A stretch of DNA of 64,000 nt from Podarcis muralis (Eukaryota). The notes under the pieces are model-generated. The model saw nothing but the letters and a program-made list of their open reading frames with translations, did not search any database and had not been told where the DNA came from. The stretch's first letter is position 1, and each line of letters begins with the position of its first letter. The translations under genes were made by a program, and so were the position numbers. The stretch lies in NCBI RefSeq assembly GCF_964188315.1, contig NC_135657.1, positions 99,634,001 through 99,698,000 on the forward strand, in the 5' to 3' direction. Shown here one piece after another: positions 24,383 to 35,700 of the stretch.

Positions 24383-25743
24383 GTATGCCCCTGCTGGCCC
24401 AGGGTGAGAACTTCAATACATAACACCAGACACTGCCGATTTGCAGCAGCTGGCCTGATGACAGACTTCTGGGCTAGGTTAAAGCGAGGGAATTGCTGGG
24501 TTGAAGGGGATTGCTTTTGGATGGTGAGATCTGACTTTCCATTTGCCTGGACCACATGCAATTGCATGTGGACCAGATAATGCACTACCATCACTGAACA
24601 ACAGCTGTTCCTAGGCCTACCTCTTTTTGCCACTCCTAAGAGGGTATTTTCGGATGTCAATGTAAGTACTCTCCCCGTAATTTCATTGGTGTCGTTTTCT
24701 ACCCCATACGAAAATAGTAACAGGGCGTAATCCTGTGATATAATATTGTGGTCAGTGCAGCAATGGAACAAATCATGTGCTTTTCATGTGAAAATAAATG
24801 ATCTGAGCATTATTTTTTTAAAAAAACAACAACCCATGCCTGTCATCAGGGATTTGGGTGAAGAGAACATGAAGGGTGTTTCACGCATGACGCAGAAGGA
24901 AGCATCTGGCACCATATTTATACCTGGCAGAAAGCCACAGGTCCTTTCAGTCTGATAATAGTATAGAAGGTGTAGCTTTGGCATTTTAAAACTGAATGGT
25001 AAGACAGTGGAAAGAGACTTCACCAGAGTAGCTGGAATTTCCTAGGCTGTAGGACTTTTTAAGGCACAATTTCTTTCTGTGTGGAGAAAGAGATCGGATA
25101 AAGCAAGTCTTTGCAAAAGGTTAGTACTGGATGTTTGAAGTAAGTGACTTTTTCAGCCTTAGCATGTGCAATTCTATACAGGTCTACCACAAAGTAAGCT
25201 CCATTGCAGCCAATTGAACCCAGTGTGGATATAGGATTGCAGTTTAAGATACTTTAAATTATCTGCTGTGTGGGTTATGAGTTAAATATTAACTTCAAAA
25301 AGCTACTTGGAGCAATGCAATGATTTTTTTGCAGTTTGCTGACTTTGCAGTGCATTTGCAGAGCTTTGACACAAGGAAAGAGGGGGAAATTAATTGCATT
25401 TTAATCTACGAAAGCAGGGCAAGTGGAAATAAAGCATGGGGCGGATTAGCCAGGGCAAAGAGTGAAAGCACAGGATGAGGGAGAGGAAGGGAAGATAAAG
25501 AGTGGCTGAAATTCAGCTGGATGAAAGCAAAGAGAAGGGGCTTGGGCATGAAATGTGGTTCAGAATGGCATGTTTTGTTTTGAAGCAAAGCCACAGGTCA
25601 GAGAGGAATGTTCCCTCGTGGTGTGAGAAGGGGGATTTCATATGGTTTTCTGTTGCTGGAGGGAGTGGAAACATTGTTGGAGCTCTTGTAGAAGAAAGAC
25701 ATTGCTGAAAAAAGCCAATTTGGAACAGACTACCATCATTTTA

Positions 25744-26093
25744 GGGATGCGGGTGGCGCTGTGGGTTAAACCACAGAGCCTAAGACTTGCCAATCAGAAG
25801 GTTGGTGGTTCGAATCCCCGCGACGGGGTGAGCTCCCATTGCTCGGTCCCTGCTCCTGCCAACCTAGCAGTTCGAAAGCATGTGAAAGTGCAAGTCGATA
25901 AATAGGTACTGCTGCAGCGGGAAGGTAAACGGCGTTTCCATGCGCTGCTCTGGTTTGCCAGAAGCGGCTTAGTCATGCTGGCCACATGACTCGGTAGCTG
26001 TACGCCAGCTCCCTCGGCCAGTATAGTGAGATGAGCGCCGCAACTCCAGAGTCAGTCACAACTGGACCTAATGGTCAGGGGTCCCTTTACCTT
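25744..26093 (+). mobile_element. Sauria SINE
   Basis: Full-length; 13-bp TSD TACCATCATTTTA (25731-25743, 26094-26106). Confidence 0.95.
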
Positions 26094-27097
26094 TACCATC
26101 ATTTTATGGGGGCAAAATAAAGGCTGTAAAAATCCCACAACATATTTTTCTGGGAATAAGCACAATTGAATTCTGCGGCACTTGTTTCTGTATAGGACTT
26201 GGCTGCATAAGACGGGAATCCCTAAACACACTTTCCTGCAAGTGAGTGCCACTGAGTATCATGGGACTTGCTTCTAAGCAAACATGCATAGGATTGTGTT
26301 GTAAAAAAGTTGTGTTGTGTTGAGTTGAGTTTCCATGTCACCATTTTAATATTATTATGCGCCATTATTTATATCTATTGCAAAATGTCCTTAAATTTAG
26401 GATTGGTTTCTGCATACAACAAAACCTGTTGATTTGATGTCTGTACAGCTTGCAATAAATAAATAATTACGAATATGTTGATTTTCTGCATACTGTTAAA
26501 TGCAGATAATACAAGAATGGAACATGTGCAGTTTTGGAATTTTTAATGCAAGCCAAAACAGCTCATGACCCCCCGAGAACAACTTGGGTCGCCCCTCAAG
26601 GCCCTTTGCTCCTTTCAGTTGGCCCCAACTGCAAATTTTCATGGTCCACCCAACCACCCATCTGAGTCCAGCTGCAAACCTCTGAATCTCATGATCTGCC
26701 AAGAAAGCATCAGCATGTGAAAACAGCTAAAGGCGAGGGAGTATTTATTTAAGGTGAAATAACTAGATAACCTCAATGAAACAAATATAAAAGAATGGCA
26801 AGGCTCACAATTTTGCAGCTGCCGTACTGGATTTGGACCTTAACAAGTCCTAAACTGCCTGCAGGGGGACTGTTTGCATTGCTTTTCCTCTTACAATTAC
26901 ATTTAACCTTTCTGTTGTGCTGTGGATTTCATTCCAGTCTTAAACGATGCGCTGCCTGGGCATGTAGAGCTGGTAAAAGCTTTTGAACTGTGACATGTTT
27001 GCAGAACAGTGATCTCGTTCATTCATTTTTGAGGGCAATGGAAATCTTGGTGTTTGCTTTAGATTAAGTTTTCATCAGCCTTTGAGCATTAATACCT

Positions 27098-27107
27098 GTG
27101 ACTCAGC
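27098..27107 (+). promoter_or_regulatory. Candidate antioxidant response element / AP-1 site (GTGACTCAGC) upstream of GSTA-b
   Basis: Matches RTGACnnnGC with an embedded TGACTCA. This is a motif match only. Confidence 0.45.
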
Positions 27108-27275
27108 CTCGGTTGACTTGCTTCATAGTAACTCCCAAGCCACTGTTCTTTTCTCCCTCCAGGGTTCTCCTTTGTGTCAGGTATAAAAAGCAAGATGATG
27201 TGGCTCAGACATAATGATATTGAGCTGAGAAACCACCCTAGTCATGTTTCCCAGCTCAAACACCATGGGAACGTT

Positions 27276-28980
27276 GTTGTTTTTTAAAAAAAAATCATAT
27301 TTATTGAAATTTCCAAAATACAAAAAGTAAAAATAAAACAAAAATAAAATACATTTGAAACCTTACTTTCATTACCCACTTTCTGGGACTCCCCCATCCC
27401 CCATCCCTACCGTATTCCCCTTTCATAACGTTGGTTCTACAAGCTCTCACTCCCAATTTAAAACTTAATTTGTTTAACCCAATATTCAAATTTAAATTAT
27501 ACAATCATCGTCATTACCTTAAATAAAAATCAAAGATTCTCTCCCCAAGGTCCACCCCATTTTCCTTCCACGAATTCCCTTTTTTTTAATAAAGACGCCC
27601 CAACAAAGTATAAAAAGCTATATAAAGATATAAAAGATAAAAGGTATATAAAAAAAAATTTCAAAAAATAGTTACACAGCCTTTGGATTCTAAATCTCCC
27701 CCCCCCCTTCCCCGGTTTGAATTCCCCATGTCCATCAGTCTGTCTGTTGTCTGCCTGGAAATCTTAGATCCATAATCAGATTTTTCCCCAGTTCCACCTT
27801 GCCAGTTTTTTAAAAGTTATTTTTATGGTGTTTAACTTCAAACATCCAATCCAAAAACGGCCCCCAAGGGCCTTTAGCTTCCTTGGTCCTTAAGGCTCCC
27901 CCCATTGTTCTTTCCATGTTGTAGTCAAGTTTCTTGTCTTGTTCCGCTGCTAAAACATTCTAATTCAGAAATTTGGTACCTCTACAGGGGTTGTTGTTAT
28001 TCAGGAACAAAAACTTACGTCCAGTCCCTTCCTTTCTTCAATAGAAAATTCTATTGTCTCCTTTAATGTAAACACCCCTGTAGACAAAATACTGTTTCAG
28101 TTTTGCAGCTTTCCCAGGAGATAACAAGTCCTGTACAATTCCAAGAGTATTTTTCCACTTACGACCATCTTTGTAATGTCCCGAAGCCCCTCTAGGGGGA
28201 TTGTAGTAACTTTGTTTCCTCTGATCCAAAAGTCCGATTGTTGTTCCATATTTTCGACATTTTATATCCAAATTGTAACAAATTGTAACGAAATTAACTA
28301 GCAAAGTCCTCATAGCAGAGTCCTCTTTGAATTTTCCGACTTTGACAGCTACTTTGACAGCTGTCAAAGTCTCCGTCTCTTTTCACCAGGCTCTCTCACA
28401 AATCGCCCCGGTTCCCGGGGGGGTTACGTTTTCCTTCTCACTCCACTCTTCTCCTCCAGCACAGTTCTTGTAGTTTCCCATCGTGGAATTCTTAATTTTT
28501 GTCAGAAATACGCTTCTCTCTAGACCTTGATTACCCAGTCCTTGTTTTAAAATGCTTACAATAGGGAGGGGGACTGACTTCCTTTTTGGATCCCCCCCAC
28601 TCGTGCCAAATCCGAAAAAAAAATTCCTTTCCCCCCCTCCTTTTAAACCCGGTTTCCAAATTACTCACGGGTTGTTGTTAAAAGTCCGAATTTTCAATGG
28701 AAGAAGGATGGCATGCGGCTTCGATCGGCAGGGAAAGCAAAGGACTCAAAGCACCACGCCACTCCCCGGCACCCGATCCGTAGCCTTTAAAAAGGCTCCT
28801 TCACGAGTCGGGAGGGCGCTAACGGTGCCAGCCGAGTCACCCATGTCCACGGGCTCCGTGCCCGTGGTTTTTAAGGGTCCCCGCGTCGCCGGCGCGGTAG
28901 GACCCAGCCCCTGCCGAACAGGCTCCCTCCGGAGCTCGGAGGGAGTCCGCCATTCGGCGATGGCGCCAACCCGGAAGTCC
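27276..28980 (-). mobile_element. 1.7-kb internally deleted / non-autonomous L1-type element retaining both ends
   Basis: 15-bp TSD CACCATGGGAACGTT (27261-27275, 28981-28995). The minus strand starts GGACTTCCGGGTTGGCGCCATCGCCGAATGGCGG (CpG-rich, ETS/YY1-like) and ends with AATAAA (27305-27300) and an A-rich tail. There is no RT-length ORF. Confidence 0.82.
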
Positions 28981-29267
28981 CACCATGGGAACGTTTTTTA
29001 ACCTGTCAATATATAAGCACTGAAGGCAAACATGTGAAGAGAGGAAGGGAGGAGGAAATGCACATTGCACATGCACACTGCTCATTCTCGAGCCACTAAA
29101 CAATGGTTTGTTGTTTCTTTGTCATTCGAACTTGGTTTAGGGGGATGGGGACTCAACTGAGGGTGCAGTCGGATGTGGGGAATGCTGCATTTGTTTTCCT
29201 GATTATAAGGCTAGCACTGCTCTCCCAAATTCTAAGGTTCCATTTATACTGCATTACCTATTGTGTT

Positions 29268-29575
29268 GGACGCGGGTGGCGCTGTGGGTTAAACCACAGA
29301 GCCTAGGACTTGCCGATCAGAAGGTCGGCGGTTCGAATCCCCATGACGGGGTGAGCTCCCATTGCTTGGTCCGTGCTCATGCCAACCTAGCAGTTCAAAA
29401 GCACATCAAAGTGCAAGTAGATAAATAGGTACCGCTCCGGCGGGAAGGTAAACGGTGTTTCCGTGCACTGCTCTGGTTCTCCAGAAGTGGCTTAGTCATG
29501 CTGGCCACATGATCCGGAAGCTGTACGCCGGCTCCCTCAGCCAATAAAGCGAGATGAGCGCCGCAACCCCAGAGT
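29268..29575 (+). mobile_element. Sauria SINE (3' tail missing)
   Basis: Matches the other copies up to caaccccagagt. Confidence 0.92.
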
Positions 29576-29747
29576 TGCCTTTCCATCTGTGCATAATACA
29601 TATTCTCTTTGTTTTGCTCCACCTAATCAAACTTTTCAGCAAAATCGTACCTGCGTGGTTGTGCACACAATTGGTGGTATATATTTAATTAAACTTTTTC
29701 TTCTCCCCATTAAATGGCACTCATCAGGAAACCAGCAGCTTGGAAAT

Positions 29748-32700
29748 ATGTCTGGGAAACCAAAACTGACGTATTTTGAAGGCAGAGGAAGAATGGAGTC
29801 CATCAGGTGGCTCTTAGCAGCAGCTGGAGTGGAGGTTGGTTGCTTATGTTTGGAAAACTCCCCTTACACCAGATTGCTTGTGAAATTTGCACTATTGTGT
29901 GCTCTGAGCTTTGAACAGGAGATTTCACAATTCACAGCTCACACTCTTTGCTATTTCTGTATCTACAGAAGAGCCAATGCAGTACCTTTATGCAATGAAA
30001 AGAACTGGCATGACACAGGAATGAAAATAACTTGATCTGTTTTCCTGTCTTTTTCCAGTTTGAAGAAACGTTTTTGAAAACAAGAGAACAGTATTTGAAG
30101 TTAATAAAAGGTAAAACTCACGGTGCAAACCTATATATGCCTATTCAGAGGGGAAACCTACTAAATTCAGTGGGGCTTAAGCCCAGATCAGTTTTTTGCT
30201 ACACATGCATCTTTTTCTCCAAAATCTGGAAATACCATTTGACATGTTTGACAAATACGTCCTCTGAAACGGCAGTCAAACTCCATTCATTTGTTTAAGG
30301 ATAACCTTGCAGGTGGCTTGCACGTCCAACTAAATCTGAGCAAATGCCTGAAGCTTTACTTATAACCTGGATTTAAGGCTGTTGACAAGGGGGTTAAATT
30401 GATTGTAACTGCACTATAAATGCTAAGACTTTATAAGCATATATGGTGCAGCTATGATCAGTTAAAAATACAAATATTTAGGTTACAAAACTATAAAAAT
30501 AAAGAAAATTTAAGCTTGCAAAACAATAATTACCACATGGTTAGGGTAGAACGACATGTCAGTGACCACTTATCCCCAGTGTAAATATGACATATCGGCA
30601 AAAGTCGGAAACTGGAAGATAACTATAGCATGTACACGAAAATCGATTTCAGATTTGAAATCAGCATTGAAAGAACGTATAAGAACAATTGAAAAATCTC
30701 ATGCAACAGAAAATGAAAAAAAAAATTGTTGGAGATCTGGACGGGGGAAACATAATTAATATTCTCCCCAAAATCTGTAATATTCCTCGGTGCAAAAGAT
30801 CTTTCAAATTTTATTGCGTGTTACATAATCCAGGCTGCAATCCACAAGCTCTTCCTTGAAGGCAGTTTTAAATGGGCTTGAGTACCTGGGCTGTGGGTTA
30901 GAATATTGTAACATGCCTCATTGGAACAATTAGCTTTATTTTGCTTGGTGTATTCTTTGGGGGTGGTAGATTATAAAATGGCCCCAGGATCTGACATTCA
31001 AATGGCCTGAGCATGTAGAAATCTGTCCAGATTTAAAGGTGTGGTTGATTCTTGGAATGCTGCAGAACCCATGGGAAGCTGGAGGTTTGAATCATATGCA
31101 AAACAGGGCCTGGGTTAGAAAATTTACTTCTAAGCAATGTTTTCGAATCCTTTTAATTATTTTAAGCATTGTTTAGCCAAAAAGGTTCCCAAAGTGGCTT
31201 ACAGATCTTGAAAATAAACAAGACAGTTCCTGCTCTCAGGCTAACAGTCCAAAAGATGTGACAGAAAAGGAAAAAGGTGTTGGGCAGAGAAGAAAATAAG
31301 CAAAAAGCTGATACCAGTTCTTAGTGCTACTAGGTAAAGGTAAAGGGACCCCTGACCATTAGGTCCAGTTGTGACCGTCTCTGGGGTTGCAGCGCTCATC
31401 TCACTTTATTGGCCGAGGGAGCCGGCGTACAGCTTCCAGGTCGTGTGGCCAGCATGACTAAGCCACTTCTGGCGAACCAGAGCAGCGCACGGAAACGCCA
31501 TTTACCTTCCCGCCAGAGCGGTACCTATTTATCTACTTGACTTTGACGTGCTTTGGAACTGCTAGGTTGGCAGGAGCAGGGACCGAGCAACAGGAGCTCA
31601 CTCCGTTGCGGGGATTCGAACCGCTGACCTTCTGATCAGCAAACCCTAGGTTCTGTGGTTTAGCCCACTAGTTTCTTCTAAAAAGCCAAAAGGGGCTGGT
31701 CTCTCTGCAGAACTAACATAGGAGCTCTAGCAAAGCACTTTATGCTATGCTGAGCTGATTTCCCCCAACTCTGCAAACTGTGTAAAGTATTGGTTGTTTT
31801 TTCTATCTCAGGTTGGGAGCTTGATGCAATCTTGTGTTAGACACTCACACAGGTGGCACCTGGGAAAGGTGGGAGAGCTTATTCAGTGAGTCGAATGTTG
31901 GACTCATTAGTCACCATAGCAGGGAGAAGTCAGCTTTTCTTCTCTGACAACGGAAGAGCCTCCAGTCTATTTGGAAGGTTGCACACACATTCCAGGCATG
32001 AGATACGTTACTAAATGATAGTACTGTAGATTGAAATTTCTCTTGGCTGTTTGCCATATGGCAGAAAGTGAGGCCACGCGCTAGCTTTGAAAGTGTTTCA
32101 CTGTGGAGGAATCTTGCCACATTTCCTTAATCTCACAGAATAACTGCTTTGGAAAGATGAATGACTTTGCTTTTGCTTTTTTCCTTTGCTTCCTAAAGAT
32201 GGATACTTGCTGTTTGATCAAGTCCCTCTGGTCGAGATGGATGGGCTGAAGCTGGTCCAGACCAAGGCCATCCTCAACTACATCGCGGGGAAATATAACC
32301 TCCATGGGAAGAACCTGAAAGAAAGAGCACAGTACTGTATCATGGTTCACCATACTGTACTTGATAGCTGCATTAAAAGACTCCAGTGGCGTTAACAGTG
32401 TTTGCACATGCTCACAAATTTGCATTGCCTAGGAAAGAGGAAAAAGGCTGTGAGAGGCCAAGGAAAAGATATTCTGGAAGATTTTGGCTTCTTGTTCTAA
32501 CACCCATCCCATATGTGTGTTCATCCGGTGTGTTACATTTTATGGGTGATGTCCAGTGTTGATCACACTCAGTGTTGATCACACTGAAATCCATGAGCAA
32601 AAGGCCACTGATTTCAATGGTCTCCTTGTTCTTCTATGTATGACTAACCTTGGCTTTTACCCTAACATCCTACTGTTATGTGCTCTCACTTTAGAGTGTC

Positions 32701-35700
32701 AAGGAGCAATATTTAGAGGTTCAGCTTCTTTTAGGATGATGGAGAGGGAACCCTGGAGGCTTATGTAAATAATGGCATTATTTACATATCTAGGGAAGCA
32801 GACAGCCTTTCCACTAGCCAGTAGCAGCTCCCTAGGCAGCTATTTCTGCAGCTTCCTTGAAATAGCTCCTAGGTTCAGCTAATTCCACTTAGAAACTTCC
32901 AGTTCTTTCTCTCTAAGGGGGTTCAGATAACCGATAAGCATTGAAATAATGCATAAGGATAGGTCAACAGGCCACATAAGCTATTTTCCCAAGAAGTTCA
33001 ATCTAGCAGATTAATTTTCCTTACCCATGCCTGCCTTGTCCTCACAGCATTGACATGTATGTGGAAGGAACCATGGACCTGATGGGCATGATTCTGGTGT
33101 ATTCTTTCTCTCCACCTGAGCAAAAGGAGAAGCAGCTTGCTTCTGTTCTTGAGAAGGCCACTACCAGGTACTTCCCAGTCTACGAAAAGGTATGACAACA
33201 ACGATTCCCATTCGTAGCTACATCAGGGATGGGGAACCCAAAGCTGAGTGACACATTACCCAGGACCAGCCTGTGCCTTCTAGATCTTTTGGACAACAAT
33301 TCCCAACTGGCAGGGTATTTCAAGGACCAGTCCTTACCCTCTCCTTCCGGGTCTTCAAGAGTTTATTTGCAGTGCCTTGTCCAACTTTATGTTACCAAAT
33401 CAATGGTTGGACTAAATCAGTGCTTGGGGTTGTCCCTTTTTTTGTTTTCAACATCATCACTTGATAAAGATTTGCATAGCTGGGAATATAGATTGCAGGG
33501 AGAGGGCTAGATTTCTCCCTCCAGGCATTCAAGTCCAGGTCTTCTCAGCCTTGGCTGCCAAGTGATGGCCGTTCCACCAGGCATCACTTCTGTCTAGTAA
33601 GTCTCTCTGTAAACTAATAGTGATCTCAATTCTTTGAGTGCTGGTTTGTATGCAGCCAAAATGGCATCACGCAGACATATGAGGGAGGCATCAGCATGCT
33701 TTGGGGAACCCCTGAGGTTTTCGCAAAAACAAAATCTCTTTAGGTGGGGGGGGGCACTAAGGCAGTTTTTTAAAAAAACAAAACAAAACACCTTGAAACA
33801 CCAAGAAGGGGCAACGCATGGTGTGCTGAGTGACTGGGGAGCTGAAAATGAGGATGGGTAGCTAGAATCTTCTACCCTGCAAATTCTGATGATTCCCTCA
33901 CAGCTGGGGGGGGGGGTGTTTCACCTGCATTATCTCTTATTTGAGCCTGTCTCACCTGGTGCTGCCTGTAAGGGAGAGGGGTGGGGAGGGAGCTATCAAG
34001 ATCTGCGTAGCACATATGATGTTTGAATAGAAGTCGGCCACACTATCCCAAAACTCCCCAGCAAAATTAAAAGTACGTTCTTTATTTTTGTTTTCTAGGC
34101 CCTGAAACAGCCTGGACAAGAGTTTCTCGTTGGTAATCGCCTCAGCTCTGCAGACGTACAGCTGCTTGAAGCAATCTTAATGGTAGAGGAGCTAAAAGCT
34201 GATGTTCTTGCACCCTTCCCTCAACTGCAGGTAAACGGTTGGTCGAGTGTGTTGCGCATAATTCTGCTCCTGTCATGTCTCAGAATGCGTCGGTTCTGAC
34301 CTCTGGATTGATGTGTGTAGAATTCAACTAAGGCTAAACTTGACCCTTCTTTCTTTCTTCTTTCTCTCTTTGGCGATCACTCGTAGCCGAGTAAGATTGT
34401 CTTCCATAAACACAGTTTTAACAATGAGTCCGTAAGTGACTGTGGAGGCCAATTCTGGATCCACACGTCCTTCCACAATGGGGACATTGGTTTCTGGGTG
34501 GGAGTTGATCACGGTATGGATTTGCCAAGTGTGCCTTCCTCTTAGCACATTTCTCTCTTGCATCCTGAGTTTGAGTGTCTTCAAAGCCCATGGCACCTTT
34601 GGTAAAGGCTGTTTTCCAACTGGAGCGCTGGCCTGCGAGCGCTCCAGTTGGAGAACAGCCTTTACCAAAAGCTTGACCCTTACACAAGGGACTATAATGA
34701 TTCCCTATCTGGGCAACTGATTCCAGGAAGCTGCCTTCTAGAAAGTCAGACTGTCAGTCCATCCAACTCAGTTTTGTCTACTCCAACTGGCCAATTCTCC
34801 ATAATTTCAGACAGGCGAACCTCTGAGCCCCACTTGGGGATTGAACCTGGAACCTTCTGCATACAAAGCAGAGGTTGTACCATGGATTTATGGCCCTTCC
34901 TGCTCCTTCCCTGCTCCCTCTCAGCATGTTGGATGAAGGACTCTGGGCAGGGTACAGTGACCTCTCTTTGCTCCTCTTCCTCACCCCCGCAATCTTTAGG
35001 CAATGTGCTGTGACCATGATTCACTGATTTTTGCAGTGCTTGATTGTTAAAACAACAACAACAACAACAACCCTCAAAGCTGTCAACTCAGTGGTGTTGA
35101 TGTGATGAAGCGAGCCAAGGGAGAAACCAGACCACTGTGCCCACCTTCGCTCCCCACACTTCTCAAGTCCTGCTGCTACCTTGACGCAGTGGCTCTCTGA
35201 CACTGTTCTTGGCAGACTGGCAGGGCCTAAGTGCCAGTGGTGTAGCGTGGGTTGCTGGCACCTGAGGTGGGGCAAGTGTTATCCCCACCATCCGGTGGAC
35301 TGGGCAGCTGGTGTGAGGGCATGTGCTGGGGTGTGTGTGTTTGCACAGAGTCTGCAAGGAGGATGAACAGAGCCTGCCTCCAATAGGCTCTTCGCTGGCT
35401 GCTTCCATCCACCTGCCCTCTAAAGCAACCCACCCACTGCCTCAGCTGCCAGGGCTCTGTGCCTGTCTTGAGGGTGCCTGGTTGTGCCCCCTCAAACATG
35501 TGCATCCCAGGCCACAGTCCCCCTGCCTCCCCCAAAGGCACACTCCACAGAGCTGCTTCCCTGTGCACAATCCCCATCTTGTACTATTATGTTTGCGTCT
35601 CGAGGCCCGAAGACCCACCCCCAAAATAAATACACACAGACACTTATATTAGTTTAAGTTTTTTGGGCAAATTTTGGCCACAACTTTATTGAAATACAAT

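Noticed and set aside
29589-30035. ORF-track entries overlapping exons (for example 1774-2253, 3301-3579, 29589-30035, 32186-32395, 46304-46492, 62042-62230)
   Set aside because: These are single exons read through into introns. The spliced models explain the homologous parts.
30556-30759. 67-aa ORF in GSTA-b intron 3 with elevated CpG, possibly a transposase scrap
   Set aside because: I recognised no TIR, TSD or motif, so it cannot be supported without a search.
32554-32585. 16-bp tandem duplication CAGTGTTGATCACACT x2
   Set aside because: Ordinary slippage-type duplication in an intron with no evidence of function.
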